A program made the position numbers and the translations under genes. DNA of 64,000 nucleotides from Octopus sinensis (taxonomy: Eukaryota): positions 149,358,001 through 149,422,000 of the forward strand of contig NC_042998.1 in assembly GCF_006345805.1 (NCBI RefSeq), written 5' to 3'. The notes under the pieces are model-generated. The model saw only the letters and a list, made by a program, of their open reading frames with translations. It was not told the DNA's origin and did not search any database. How positions within the stretch are numbered: position 1 is the first letter of the stretch; the number at the start of each line of letters is the position of its first letter. Positions 25,518 through 40,582 of this stretch are shown here, in pieces.

Positions 25518-26410
25518 GGATGTGGCAGAGAGGATGGACGTTTTTGAAATGGCTACTACTCAACTCCTGGGCGAGGGACATGTGTCCGTGGTGTGTTAGC
25601 ATCTTTTCACTTTTCAGGCGAAGCCATAGTGCTGTGGACGATAGAGCATCGGGTGTTTGCTTACGACAGTTACGTGAAGAATAATGAGTTTGTCAGCAGT
25701 TCAGCATAAATTTCGACGCCACTTCAGCATTCATATAAATAAGGCTGTTCCCACTTCTATCACATTCTTACGTTGGGTGAATGCTCTTCGTACACAAGGC
25801 ACACTTTTGAATAGGAAACTGGTGGGGGCGCCACGAACGGTAAGGGCCCCGGAAAATGTAGAACGTGCTAGACAAGCTTTGAGACGGAGACCGAGCCGCT
25901 CTGCTCGGAGGCATTCCACTGAACTTGGCGTCGGTAATAGATCGCTCAGGCGTATTTTGCATGAAGACCTGCATTTCAATCCGTAAAAATTGGTCATTGC
26001 GCAACAGTTGAAACCATGGGACTAGGCAAATGACCTCATTTTGTTGATGAGCTCATTTTCATCACAGTGGCATGGTGAATCAACAGAACTGTCACTATTG
26101 AGCTCTTGAATATCCGAGAGAACTGCACGAAATACCACTGCACAACCCCAAAGTGACGGTCTGGTGTGCTGTTGGAAAAGCTACCGCTATTGGTCCTTAC
26201 TTTTTTTAAGACAATAATGGAAACGCTGTTTCTGTGAATCCGAGCGTTACATCGAAATGATAAACAACTTCTTTGTGTCTGAGTATGCCCATTCAACGTG
26301 TGTGGTTTCAGCAGGATAGGGCAACGGCCCACACAGCCAGAGCATCAATGGACGTTCTTCACCCTCTCTTTGGTGACTGCCTCATTTCCAGGTTTGCAGA
26401 CATTCCTTGA
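25518..26410 (+). pseudogene. Tc1/mariner transposase remnant (HTH + partial DDE)
   Basis: WTIEHRVFAYDSYVKNN, VQHKFRRHF, PRTVRAPENVERARQAL..RPSRSARRHS, HFNP*KL, PLHNPKVTVWCAV, IGPYFF.DNNGNAVSVN. The right end is cut by a CR1 fragment. Confidence 0.85.
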
Positions 26411-27990
26411 CAGAAAGAGATCCAGAATTGTTTTGAAAAAGCCTACATTCACGCTATGCAGGTCTCTCATGCTTTGTGGGAGGATATTGAAGGGCCCTTG
26501 AAGCCCAAGCTGTGGGCTGCGGACCCTTGAAGCTCAAACTGTTGCAGTATCAGGTCCTGTGTCGTGATGGCAATGTTGGGATTTTTGGTGCTATGCATTG
26601 GCGTCTGTTCTGTTGTTGTAACGGAAATATTTTCTAAGATTTTCCAAGATTCTCCAGATGTGTATCACTGCATATCTTTCCCGCCTTCGCTCCAGAGAAA
26701 ATAGTCTTAACACTTTCAGTCTCTACCAGTAGCTTACATGTCGTATTGTGTCGATCTTCTTCATGTAGCCTCGACGGATCACCTCGAGTTCTGTCGTTAA
26801 TTTTACACTGTTTGGTGACCACAGTTGGCAGTAGTAATCCAGACAGTTCAAGACGAAATGTTTCCTTTTTCTAGTTTTGGCTTTCGTTTCTCTAGTTTTG
26901 AAAGTTAGAAGGGTCCATCCGACCAAGCGTCTGCATTTTATTGCCAACTTGGTAATGTTTACCTGGAAAGATGCATCATTACTCATATAGATGCACAAGT
27001 CAGGCACTGATTTTGACTAAGAGATTGCAATCACTCTTGGGCCAGTGTATCTTATCTGCTTTTCATCGAGCTTTATGTGTTGACAGCGCAAGGCCTGCAA
27101 TTTTCCAGCATTAAACTGCATGTTTCACTCAGCCCACCTGTATATTGCATTCAACTCACAATGTAGATGCCTAACTTTTCCAGGGTTCTGTATCCGCTGA
27201 GAGACTCATGTATAGTCTGCATAGCTAGCAAATATGGCTACTTGAGTAGCTGAGGGCATGTCAGAGAGGGCCACTATGAATAGCATCCACCTCAGGACAG
27301 TGCCCTGTAGAACACCACTCATTATATGTGCCTCGGAGGTGGCGCTGTTGACTACCACTAGCTGACGTCTATCTTTTAGAAAGTCATGTAGTTATTCTCC
27401 AAGTTTTCCAACTATGCCAAGATTACGCAGCTTGTGACAAATCATACCATGATCGACTTTATCAAAAGCTTCTGCAAAGACGAGGTATATCACGACCACA
27501 TTTGAGCTATTAAGCAGCTGTTTTAGCACCTGGTCCTAATGCTGCAATGTCGTAATGTCTTTTGGGTGTCAGTCACCAAGTCATTCTCTTCAAGGAATGC
27601 AATTAATTTCCTTCAGACTTTTCGTTCCATGACTTTGCTGATGTGTGAAGTCAGAGAGATAGTCCTATAGATTTTAGCATCTGCTTCCTCCTTTATGGAT
27701 AGGGCATACTATTCCCTCCTTTAGTTTGACCGGAAGCTTACCATTTCCGAGGAAGCTCTGAAAAGTAGCTGCAATGGTTTTGCAAGGATCCGTTTACATG
27801 ACTTGAGAAGGATTCTTGGGAATCTATCAGGGCCAGCAGCTGAGTGTGCATCTACATCATCTATTGCCATTATTACATCTTCTTCTTCAATGTTGGTGTA
27901 TTCAATTGTTACTGCCCCCCGTTCAGCTTCTATAGCTAACTTGCATGTGCCGTGGGGGTGGGGTAAAGACACTTACGAACTTTTTATTCA
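26410..27990 (-). mobile_element. CR1/L2-group LINE RT fragment, decayed
   Basis: SAAGPDRFPRILLKSCKRILAKPLQLLF, a SKAFDKVDH-like motif (~27455-27480), an SGVLQGTVL-like motif (~27295-27320) and CLDYYCQLWSP. Confidence 0.85.
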
Positions 27991-28151
27991 GTGATTCACT
28001 TATCCTCATTGGGGAAACCCAATGAGGATGAGTGTATTATGTATATGTATGTGTGTACGTGTATATATATAAATATATATATATATATATACACACACAC
28101 AAATAGGTACGTACATATACACATATGCATATATATATTTATGTATGTGTA

Positions 28152-28185
<34 letters not shown>

Positions 28186-28916
28186 GATATATATATATAT
28201 ATATATATATATACATGTGTGTGTGTGTGTGTGTGCGTGTGTGTGTGTGTGAGTGTGTGTGTGTGTGTGTGTGCGTGCGTGTGTGTGCGGGTTTTGAGAA
28301 TCATTGGTTTTATCATTGATGAGTGAGGCACAGACACAGTAAGAGCAAAGGAAAAAGAGCGAGAGGGACAGAGAATGAGTTAGTGAATGAGAAGGAGTGA
28401 GAGAGATATGAACATCTGTCGTCAAGCCAACAGAAACCTTCTGTTCTACGTTGACTCAGTCTAGCAATGGTGTTTCTTTTTCATTTAGAATCCGTGTGAA
28501 AGAACACATGTCGACGGTTCATTTGCTAACTATAATGCATTCACTTCATATCTTAACAGAATAACATGTTTCATCGCTACCATTGCCGCCACCACCAACA
28601 ACACCACCACTGCCGCTGCAACTGCCGCCGCCGCTGCCACCACCCCCGTCAATGCACTAGACAGTCACGACAATAACAACCAATACTGTGGCTCGATTCT
28701 ATCTAGGAATGTCAGTGAAATTGTTAACAGACTTACACCTAATTGTCTTAAAAATGGAGCACAGTTCTCTTAAATAGTTTGGGAGTACATTGCTGCTAAA
28801 TGCTCATTGTTGGAAAGGCTTGAATCATGGATCTGCTTAGTTAGGTCTAACCTCAAATAAAACAACAATGACAAAAAAAGAAATTCAGTTTTTACTGATT
28901 ATGGTGTTGTTGTTTA

Positions 28917-28978
<62 letters not shown>

Positions 28979-29114
28979 TATCACTTCCTGTAGGTGGTGT
29001 GGCAAAAATATTAGAAAGCCAGAAACTATGCCTTGTCATTTTTTCTCATGGTCGCAGTAGTTTTCGGCCTTTGTGCGGTTGCCAAATTGATTGCACCCTT
29101 CGTTACGTGCAATG

Positions 29115-29994
29115 CAGGGTGTTCCCAAAAAATTTTTATCATTTCGCTGTCTAATAAATTTGTCAGTTCTTCTTCAAATGACTTGAAATTTTAACAGCAT
29201 GTGTAGAAACAGGTTAAAATTTTATGTTCAATGTTTGATATATTTAACTTTCCAGGTATAGAAATGGCATTCACTGGAAGAGAAAAGGCGTTTTGTGTGT
29301 TGGAGTATGCTCGAACACAGTCGAACAAGTCTGTGCAGCGTGCGTTTGTGAGAGAGTTCTCTAAAAAGTCACCAACGGCAGTGTAGATTTAGACATGGCA
29401 CAAAAAATTCAAAAAAGAAGGTTGTCTGTGCAGGGCAAAAGGATCTGGACAACCACTAACATCGGAAGAGACGGTCGAGCGAGTTCGCCAAAATCTCTTG
29501 CGAAGCCCCACAAAGTCCATAAGAAGAACAAGTCTGGAAACCCAGATTCCTCCAATGACAGTTTGGCACACCCTAAGGAAACGCTTGCTAATTAAACCTT
29601 ACAAGCTGCAGCTCGTTCAGACCATAACAACAGATGACCAGCGGAAGTGCAAACAGGAGTTATGTAAAGAGCCTGGTCTATGTCCCACCTCTTCCTGCAA
29701 ACCTAGAGGAACTCAAGCAGGGAATCAATACTGTACTGGAGACTGTTACCCATGACATGCTGCAGTGTGTTCGGGAGAAGCTGGACTACCGACTCGACGT
29801 GTCTCAGGCGGTGCACATATTGAACAGTTGTGAAATCGTTCATCGAATCTACATATCTTGGAATTTCTCACTCAAATTTGGAGGAATAAATCTTATGTTG
29901 TCAATATTAAGCCTGTTTAGTTTTATTTGCTTTGACTATGTAGTTTCTGTGATATTTACATCTCAAATGATATCAAATTTTTTGAACTACCCTG
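29115..29994 (+). mobile_element. Internally deleted Tc1/mariner element with ~30-bp imperfect TIRs
   Basis: Left end cagggtgttcccaaaaaatttttatcattt matches rc of right end cagggtagttcaaaaaatttgatatcattt. The N-terminal HTH (MAFTGREKAFCVLEY..., ATG 29264) is joined at ~29656 to the C-terminal YVKSLVYVPPLPANLEELKQ. Confidence 0.9.
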
Positions 29995-30829
29995 TTTTCA
30001 CATGTTTTCACCGGAGCCCTTCCAAAACAAGGAGCCACTCTTCGTGGTCTGTATATCTAGCACACTTCATGCTACACCATTTCGGAGACTCACAAACGTG
30101 TAAGCAAGGCATAAACTTTTGGTCGATGATATCACTTTAGTTCCATCTTCCATTTTTCATCGAAGCGTGTTGTTTTTCTATATCCGCATAATAAAATCAT
30201 TGTGTACTTGAGTGACAATTACGGAGAAAATATTTCATCATTCTCAACAACAACATCAGTAACAATAATAACAACAACAGCAAGAACAAGAGAATTTACA
30301 GCTGCAACTCATAAACTTACCCTATTTGATGTTACTTGTAAATCAACGTCAAAAGAAAGCCTGACCAACTTAAGTCCAACTGACCTAATATTCAATCCAA
30401 GACTTAAATAATTATAAATTGAAAGAATCACAGCTATGACGATAACATGAACAGTAACGACTTACACGTTCAAATTTTGAAAAGTCTTGCATATTTTCAC
30501 TGTTCTGCTAATAAAATTGTATTTTTCCCATACGAGTGACACAGTCATTCTTTGTTGCTTTAGTTCAACTTCCACAGACTGTTACTTAAACTACACATTT
30601 TATTGTTTATTACAATAATTATAAGTAAAAGCAACTTTACAACCTGAAGGTTTTCGGAACAACTGACTATAAATATTCTCATTTTCTATGATTTCGAAAA
30701 TAACGTTCATGTCCGTTACGTTATTCAACAAAAGTAGAGGATTTTTCTTTTGTTCTTGCAAGCAACTATATTAGACAAGTTATGGTTTGTATCTAGTGGA
30801 CGTTTTGTTGTGAATAATTTCTACCACTA

Positions 30830-33733
30830 TTGCGAATGTTAGAATATATGAATGCATTCAAAGTCAGAAAAATAACTATAAATTCCTTTCTGCAGTCTTC
30901 AACCTTACTGAACAGAGCTCAGAAGCATGCCTGGGAGGACCCCAATATGGGTTTTCGCGAGGAATACTCACTGAGAGAGAGAATTCGTCGGAGAAACCTA
31001 ATATCCGAACTGAAGATGAGAAAACAGATGGGAGAGAAGGGTTTACGCATCCAAGATGGACAAATAATCAAGTCCTACCTCTGGTCGCATGCTGTAGTGC
31101 TGACAGGGAAAGTGAATCGAGGGCGAATCGAAGTAAAGTAGATACCCCCGACAACGATGCTATCTCTGATACCCCTTATTCTACTTGTTCCCTAATTCCC
31201 GCCCCTCAAACTTCACAGCTCAGCATCGTCTATACCAACTCGTGCTCCTTATTTCCAAAGTTCAGCGAATTATTTACACTGGCCATGCGTGATTCCCCAG
31301 ATGTGATTGCAGTAAAGGACTCGGAAAGCCACCTACAAGGCTACGCCATCTTCAGATGTGACAGAGAAAAAAGGCTAGGTGGAGGTATTGCTGTGTATGT
31401 CAAATCTGATCTCAAACCGTCCAGCGGTATTCTACCCACTAATGCTCAACCTACAACAAAATTCGATGCAGTCTATTGCAAGCTGACCCTATCCGGGTTT
31501 TGCCTGCTCGTGTTAGCTGTCAACAGGCTGCCTCTTGCCGACCCCCAGGACGATGCTCATTTACTCGAAGCGATAAGATTCGTTTCAACTTCTCATAAAT
31601 GTTTGATATTAGGAGACTTCAACGCTCCCACGATCAACTGCCCGCATCAATTTGTACATCATCTTCCCGGTTCGGCCAGGCCCTTCTTGACGTGGCAGAA
31701 GATTGTTTTCTATCCTTGAGGGATATGTAATCTGGTTGACTGACCAAGCAGTTCCCGTTGGGCTTCCCAAGAAGAAGAAACACCAGCCCTGGGTGACGAA
31801 GAAGGTTAAACGAGAACTCAGAGATATTGCTTGGGCTGAATTCAAAAACCTAGATTCGACTGCAGCTTTTGAAGTGTACAAAACTCAACGAGACCGAGCC
31901 GTGAAAATTGAAAAGGAAGAACGCTTCAGATATGAATATAGAATCGCGGCAAACGCCAGTCGCAATCCAAAAACCTTCTTTGCCCATGTCCAATGGAATT
32001 CCCGCTTGAACAACCAAATTGCAACGTTGGTAGACTCAACAGGCGTATCAACTGAGGATCCTTATCAGCAGAGTCAGTTATTTGCCGAGGCTTTTTCAAC
32101 AATTTTAAAACAAGATGATGGTCGTGAACCGCCTCCATTTGATAGATCGGTACCTCCAATGCCTAGATTGGTCATCACTCGGGACGAAGTCGAACGCGTT
32201 ATTCAAGGCTTCGATGTCAACAAGGGTCACGGCCCTGACGGCATACACCTAAAGGTTATCAAAGCGTTGGCTCCGGTCATCTGCGAACCTTTAACACTTC
32301 TATTCAATATGTCATTGGCGACGGGTGTTATACCTGCGGACTGGAGAACGGCGATAATCTGCCCGATTTTCAAGAAAGGGAGCCGCGAAGACCCACTTAA
32401 CTACCGACCGGTTTCTTTTACTTCAATAATCAGCAAGATGTTCGAAACCATCCTTAAGAAAAGTATGTTGCTCCACCTCCAAAACACAGCCTCTATCTCT
32501 GATTCCCAACACAGCTTCGTGCCGAAGAGATCATGCTTGATCAACTTACTGGTAATGGAAGAATTGGTGACGCGTATCCTGGATGATGGTGATGCTGTTG
32601 ACATCGTTTTATTGGACTTTGCCAAAGCTTTTGACTCGGTTAACCACCGCCTATTACTTGTCAAGCTTCAAGCATATAGTTTCCATCCGGATATTGTACG
32701 ATGGGTTGGTGCCTTCCTCTCAGATCGCTCCCTCCAAGTCCAAGTTAATGGTTCACTGTCCGACGTCTCCAGTGCGAGCAGTGGTCTGCCTCAAGGTTCA
32801 GTGCTTGGGCCGTTATTGTTTTTAGTCTTCATAAATGACTTGCCCGACGACCTCACGCAACACACCCTTCTATTTGCCGATGATGTCAAACTGGTCGCTC
32901 CGCGCGGTGATATAGATGATCTTCGTCGATGCCGCCACCAAGTTTGGAGATGGTCTAATGAATGGGATCTGTGTCTGAACGTGTCAAAGTGCTGTCATCT
33001 GCCTGTTGGCTCCTCTCCTGCAACTCAACTTGTTTTCGAGCTGGGTCGTCTGCTGCTGGAGAGGACCGACCAGGTAAAGACCTGGATATCTTGGTGGATT
33101 CTTCCTTTTCGCCTACGGCCCAGTGCGTCCATGCTGCCAACAAAGCACGCGGAGTTCTGTTTTTGATTCGACAGTCATTCGGAATGCTCACAGCAGCCAT
33201 ATTCCTACAACTCTATGTCACGCTGGTGAGACCCATATTGGAGTACGGGATTCAAGCCTCTTCTCCTTATCTCCTCGAAAGAGTCCAGAAGCTGGCTACC
33301 CGCATGGTTCTTGGTCTCAAGCATTTGTCCTATGAAGAAAGGCTGAAGACGCTCGACCTTTATTCTCTAGAAAAACGACGACGTCGTGGTGATCTCATTC
33401 TCGCTCACAACATCATAAGCGGAAAGTGTAACCTCTCGAAAGAGCTGTTCTTCACTCCTGCTCCAGAGCGTAGGCTGCGGGGTCACTCCGAAAAGTTCTA
33501 TCTGCGACGATTTCATCTCAATCGAAGGAGAGGGGCTTCTCCGTCCGGGTTGCGGATCCGTGGAATAAGATGCCGGACGAGATAGTGAAGATGTCGACGA
33601 CTGGTTCAAAGTCTCTCTTGACCAGAAATGGCCTGAACTCTTTGCATGAACACCCTCCCTGTACATAACTCCATGTCCCCCTACATGACCTTGCTTTTTG
33701 CTTTTTGAGCCAAAAAATGAACTTAACTTAACA
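30830..33733 (+). mobile_element. CR1-type LINE: ORF1 3' end, partial endonuclease, RT, (ACTTA)n tail
   Basis: ORF1-like RERIRRRNLISELKMRKQMGEKGLRIQDGQII. EN RCDREKRLGGGIAVYVK and LILGDFNAP. RT GHGPDGI, NYRPVSFTS, LDFAKAFDSVNH, GLPQGSVLGPLLF, FADDVKL, YSLEKRRRRGDLI. Deletion at ~31700, frameshift at ~33085, tail gaacttaacttaac. Confidence 0.93.
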
Positions 33734-34299
33734 TACACATATACGCACGCACGCACACACACACACACATACACACACGCGCACACACACATACACACAC
33801 ACACATAATAAACATTCGCTATGATTGATCGATAGCCACTACACCTTTTTTTAAATTTTTTCTCTCTGCTTATTTCTCTGTTCCTTTCTGTTGGAGAGCG
33901 TAGGCTCGAAACGTAAAAGACTTTCTCACTTCCCGAGCGTTAAACTAATACATCTGTTTGTTGTTTACACACCCGTCTTCGTCTTTTGTTTTTTTTCTTT
34001 TTGTAAATTCCAACTATATATACATACAAGTGAATGTACAAACGAAGGAAAAGAGCACTCAATACATTTAGTAGGAGTTACATGTATTATTTAAAACAGC
34101 TTCGACTCCATGTGACTTAAATTTTGCAGGCCTCTAACTGAAACCCGTCTCTTTCTAGACTTAGATCACCGGTAATAATAATAATAATAATAATAAATAA
34201 TAATATAATAATAATAATAACAATAAATAATAATATCATGTGCATTTTGTAATATCGTGTACATTGTTTTCTCGTACATTGTTTTCTCTTATCATATAC

Positions 34300-34792
34300 A
34301 TTGTTTTGTCTTGGTATAAAGATGGGCTACAGCAAATATTTTACTCAGTACCACAGATTTGCTTGTCAGTTGTTTGACCTTAACCAGTTGAGCATGCCCC
34401 TTAGTGGCTGACAATATGTGCATCTCTGATCACGAGAAGTAGTGGGAGAGCATCATAGCCGTGTGTTGAGAGGAATTCTTTGGGTTTTGGGTAATTCACC
34501 TATGGAAACATGGGTGATTTGTTCAACATCCTTAAACGACCCTTTTGAGTGGGACGAGCTACTCAACCTGAAGAATATTCTAACTGGCCCCACCTGCAAG
34601 GTCAAGCGCTGTTTATCTAGATATGAGATTACCATGTCGTGCACATACGGTTGTGATGCATGTGCTTGGTGTATACCCTTATCAGACGGGTAGTCATGAT
34701 AGATATACTGGGTTTCGTATATTCTACCCCAGTGTCAGTATGATGGCATGCACTACTCTCTCAATTACTACTACTACTACTACTACTACTAC

Positions 34793-34855
<63 letters not shown>

Positions 34856-34870
34856 TAATAATAATAATAA
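34300..34870 (+). mobile_element. Probable retroposon 3' UTR ending in (TAC)n(TAA)n
   Basis: Higher-GC block ending abruptly in a triplet tail. The family is uncertain and no ORF was found. Confidence 0.4.
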
Positions 34871-35039
34871 TTTCTTTATTGCCCTCAAGGGGCTAAACAT
34901 AGAGGGGACAAGCAAGATAGACAAGGGGGATTAAGTCGATGACGTCGACACCAGTGATTAACTGGTATTTATTTAATCGACCCCGAAAAGATGAAAGGCA
35001 AAGTCGCAGCCTCAAAACTGAACTCAAGGAACCTTTTGA

Positions 35040-36387
<1,348 letters not shown>

Positions 36388-38288
36388 TATAAGTTGTAAT
36401 AATGAAGTCAAACTAAATAATAATAAATTTTTAGAAGAAAAAGATTGACAGTAAATTCGAAGTTTAGCATGGTCACCTTCATCAGACTGCGTTTAGATCT
36501 ATAGATTTCGGAAGATCTTTAGAGACAAATTCCATACAACACATAATTGTGTAGCGTATTTCTATTAGTAGCTAAAGATCGAACGGAGTGCTCATTCTGT
36601 TTATTGTCAGTTAACTTGTTACGGTTGAACTTCGAATACCTGTTAACATGTTCAAATATAGTAAAACGTACTAATACACTAATAATAGGATTATCCTCGT
36701 ACGGTAACTCATATCTGATAAAATATAATTCTAAGAAACCAGTGGTGCAACTCAAGTTTTTCCGCCTTTCGCTTTCATGTAAATGCTCTTTATATGAACG
36801 TTTTTCGCTTTGTTTAAAAATTTATTTCAAAACGTTTAGAATATTACGTTAATTTTATAGAAAAATTGGCAAATGTGTGTCAAAATGTGGACCCATAGTT
36901 CTGCCATCAAAGTGAACATATTATTCGTATAGATATCCTTCTTGAAAATTTCGAGTCTTTGTTTTCCTTTTGTTAATTTTTCTATGCAAATGTTTTTAGC
37001 AGTTCGTTAGTGGAGGGAAGAACAATAAAAACGAAACAAAATATGAGTTTTTGGATGCGAAATTTAATCTACGTCTTATTATAGAGTTCACGGCATCATT
37101 GATTGGTATATTCATGAAACGCTTGCTAATATTTAGCGATGTTAAAATGGCGTCAGACTTGTGAGAGTCTGTTATTTGTATTGGTCGTCCTTGTGTTAGT
37201 TTAATGTATTTGTTCATAATGAATTGTTTTATTATGCTACCGACGTGTTGTGCGGCATTGTGCATGGTAAACATGAATACATTCTGTCAGTGTAATATTT
37301 TTATGGTCGCAAGCTTTTCAATAGGCGTATACAAGTGTATAGCGGTTTGTGGTTTTTATGTTTGTGTACGATTCTTTTGTGTCTCGGCTTTATCACAAAC
37401 ACACAATTTCCCTTCGTTCTCTCCCCCGCTCACTCAGTTCCCCCCTCTCTCTCTGGTTCTCTGTGTGTGTGTGTTTGTCTGTCTCTCTCTCTCTCACAAT
37501 ATATATTTATATACATCCACACACACATATATATACTTATGTATGTATGTATGTATGTATGCATGCATATATAAGTGCTACTTCCCAGCTCTGTCGCCGA
37601 CTCCCGCTTATTTCTTTGTTTGTAAAATCGAGGCTAGGCATAAATTAGTTGAATCAAGCTTTAAATTGTGCTGTATTCTGATTGGTGATTACAGCAAATG
37701 TGTACCGGCCACCAACCACATGCAATTACCCGCTTGCATTACTTATGTGTGCACATCTAAATTCAACACAAGATAGATATACTCTTGTCAGGGTTTCAAA
37801 GATTAGAGCGAGTCCATGCTGGGGCAACGACTACATGGTTATTCCTTATATCGACACAAGTATATGTTTCTGTCGAATACTTATTTTGTCAGTCTCCATT
37901 TACTGAATTGCTATATTACGTATTATGAATTGCTATACCATGTTAGCATGTAGGAATACAATTCAGCACCGCTGTATACTGGGAAGCATGGACAAATACA
38001 CAAATATTACACACACACACACACACATACACACACGCGTTTGTGTGTGTGTATATATTTCTATATATAGAGTTTCGCAGTCCCATTCTCTCTCTCTTTC
38101 TCTTACACATTCACACATGCACACAAACATAAAATCAGGGAATATGGGAAGTGAATGCATATTTAACCACGTGACATCTAGTAACAGCATGATTCCCTGA
38201 ATCCATATCTTATACTACTCTTTTATAAGTATAGAGGTATATGTGTGTATGTGTGTATGTGTGCATACATACATACATACATACATAC

Positions 38289-38499
38289 ATATGACAATTA
38301 TTCGGTAGCCATGATAAAACTCCGAGTTTCGGATGTCGGAGCGGAAACCCATGCCGCCATCTCTTCAGTTATCGGACCATGGAAAAAATTGCTATGAAAA
38401 TGATATAATTGCCAGCTAACTGAAGAGATGGCGGCGTGGGTCTCCACTCCGACATCCGAAACACGGATTTTTATCATGACTACCGAATAATTGTCATAT
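38289..38499. mobile_element. Palindromic Penelope-type unit with hammerhead-like arms
   Basis: 38289-38370 is an imperfect reverse complement of 38418-38499. Each arm has CTGAAGA...GAAAC reading outward. Confidence 0.7.
38313..38373 (-). ncRNA. Hammerhead-like fold (GUU triplet, one extra C at stem II base)
   Basis: GAUAA-CUGAAGA-GAUG...CAUC-C-GAAA-CUCGGA-GUU/UUAUC. Stem I is a perfect 5 bp and stem III is near-palindromic (ACUC-G-GAGU). Confidence 0.6.
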
Positions 38500-39318
38500 T
38501 TATTTACAGATAAATTCCTCTATTTAAATAATATCGAGGTCTCTTTCATTCTTTTGTTGTCTTACCTTTTCTATCAATATATATATATCTCTATATAAAA
38601 CTGAAATGCGTTCCGACCGTTTGAATCGCTTTCAAGGCCACTACATCCCGTCGGATTGACTCCAAAATGTACAGGGACATGTAAAATGAGGTGATGATGC
38701 CGGTGGGCTACCTTAGAAATCCCTATCTTAAAAGGTGTCGTTGCTAGGGCCAAAAACCCACTTTGACAAGTCCACTCTCGTTCTTTAATGTATCTGTCTT
38801 CCTCAACTCACTCTCGCTATTTCCTCTCTTCCCAGCACTTTTTCACTCACTCTATTTCATACATTCCCATTACTTTCACTTCCTCAAACGGCCTTCTTTT
38901 ATGTATCTGTCTGCATTCATAGAGAGAATTATCATCGCCACCGCCATCGCGTTCTATTGTCTGCCTGTCAACGCGCCGACGGAGCAAATACAAACAGAAC
39001 ACACCAACGAGCGTTCGTGTTCTGGTGATAACGTAGGTTTTTCGTATCTATTACATTTTAACATTTATTTAGAACCATGCAAATTCTTCGTGCTAAATTT
39101 TCATTTTTTACTACTTTATTATTTTTTCTTAAATTGGTACTTTTATCAAAATTAATTCTAATTGTCTGGGTCAACAGTTCGTTTCCTCGGAGGATATGGA
39201 AATTCCTATTACCCGTCAGAGAAATAACTCCAGCAGCTCACAACTATTTCAACAAAGACAAGGTTACCTGCTTACCAGTCGAATTCAGCGTCAACGCTCA
39301 CGTATGAGAGAGACTCCA

Positions 39319-39353
<35 letters not shown>

Positions 39354-40165
39354 TATATATATATAATGTGTGCATTATGTGGTCGGTTGAGCTGAAAATA
39401 TGCAGACCTATGTTAAAAGTGCTGGCAAGTTTGCATGACAACTATTTTTTCCTCAAATGAAAGACGTCACCTCTAGGACAAAATTCCTCATCTTATAAAA
39501 TGTGGCCCGAGTAGACCCGAATGAAATCGGTTATATTAACCAAAATGAGAAAAGGGGTCTTAATGGGCCTGGAAGGGGATTAAAATTTAAAGGAGCGGAA
39601 TTCTCTGTTACATCAAGCTAAAATATTTGCGCCAGCCTTTTAATCGTCAATGTGTTGCCGTCCATGATGAAGAAGTTTTGAATGCTTGCCATGGTGAGTC
39701 TACTGTCGTGAGAAAGAATCACTTCAAAACTTCGTGTTTAGGGATTTTCTTTTACATCAAGTTCAAAATTTTACACCAGCCGTTAAACTGTCAATACGTT
39801 GCTGTCCGTCGTTAAGAAATGCCAGCCATGGTGACTCTACTATCCTCAGATTCTATCCCTTCAAACTTTGGTTTCCAATATTTTATTATTTTTATTCAGC
39901 TCGCAAGTTCGTCTGTCCCTTTTAAATGTTAGTGTTTTGCTATCTGCCTTGAAGCAGACCTTTCCGTTGTTACTGCGTGATATTTATGATTGATCTTTCT
40001 AAATATTTTATTTCTCAACTCACTCAAGATCTTTTGTTGTTTATAAATGGGAGAGTAATAGATAAAGATAGAGAGTAAGAGAAAGCTAGGGAGAGTCCGA
40101 GAGACAGGAAGAGTAAGAGAGTGGGGAAAGTGAGAGAAAAAGGAGAGAGAAACAAAGAAGGAGAA

Positions 40166-40546
40166 TCATCATCTTCATCATCATCATCGTTTAACGTCCG
40201 TTTTCCGTGCTAGCACGGGTTGGACAGTTTGACCGGGGTCTGGGAAGCCAGGAGGCTGCATCAAGCTCCAGTCTGATCTGGCAGTGTTTCTACAGGTGGA
40301 TGCCCTTCCTAACGCCAACAACTCTGTGAGCATAGAGGGTGCTTTTTTCCTGCCGCCGGCACAGGTGCCGGGGGCACGCAGCGGCCACGATCGGTTGATG
40401 CTTTCTACGTGCCACCGGCACAGAAGCCAGTCAAGGCGGCGCTGCAATCGGCCACGTTCGGATGGTGCTTTTTACGTGCTGAAAGGAAGCAACAGAAAGT
40501 AACAACCACACTCTTACCCGCGCGTAGAGCGGGTCACCTTCAGCTA

Positions 40547-40582
<36 letters not shown>

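Noticed and set aside
36445-36492. Minus-strand CUGAUGA with a plausible stem I (gcagt/actgt)
   Set aside because: GAAA reads GAAT and stem III and the cleavage triplet are missing. At best a relic.
38920-39310. CpG-richer island with isolated splice-like signals (ag|...|gtaggt on plus, ctg|gtaagc on minus)
   Set aside because: The signals lie on opposite strands and give no recognisable protein. A host exon cannot be supported without transcript data.
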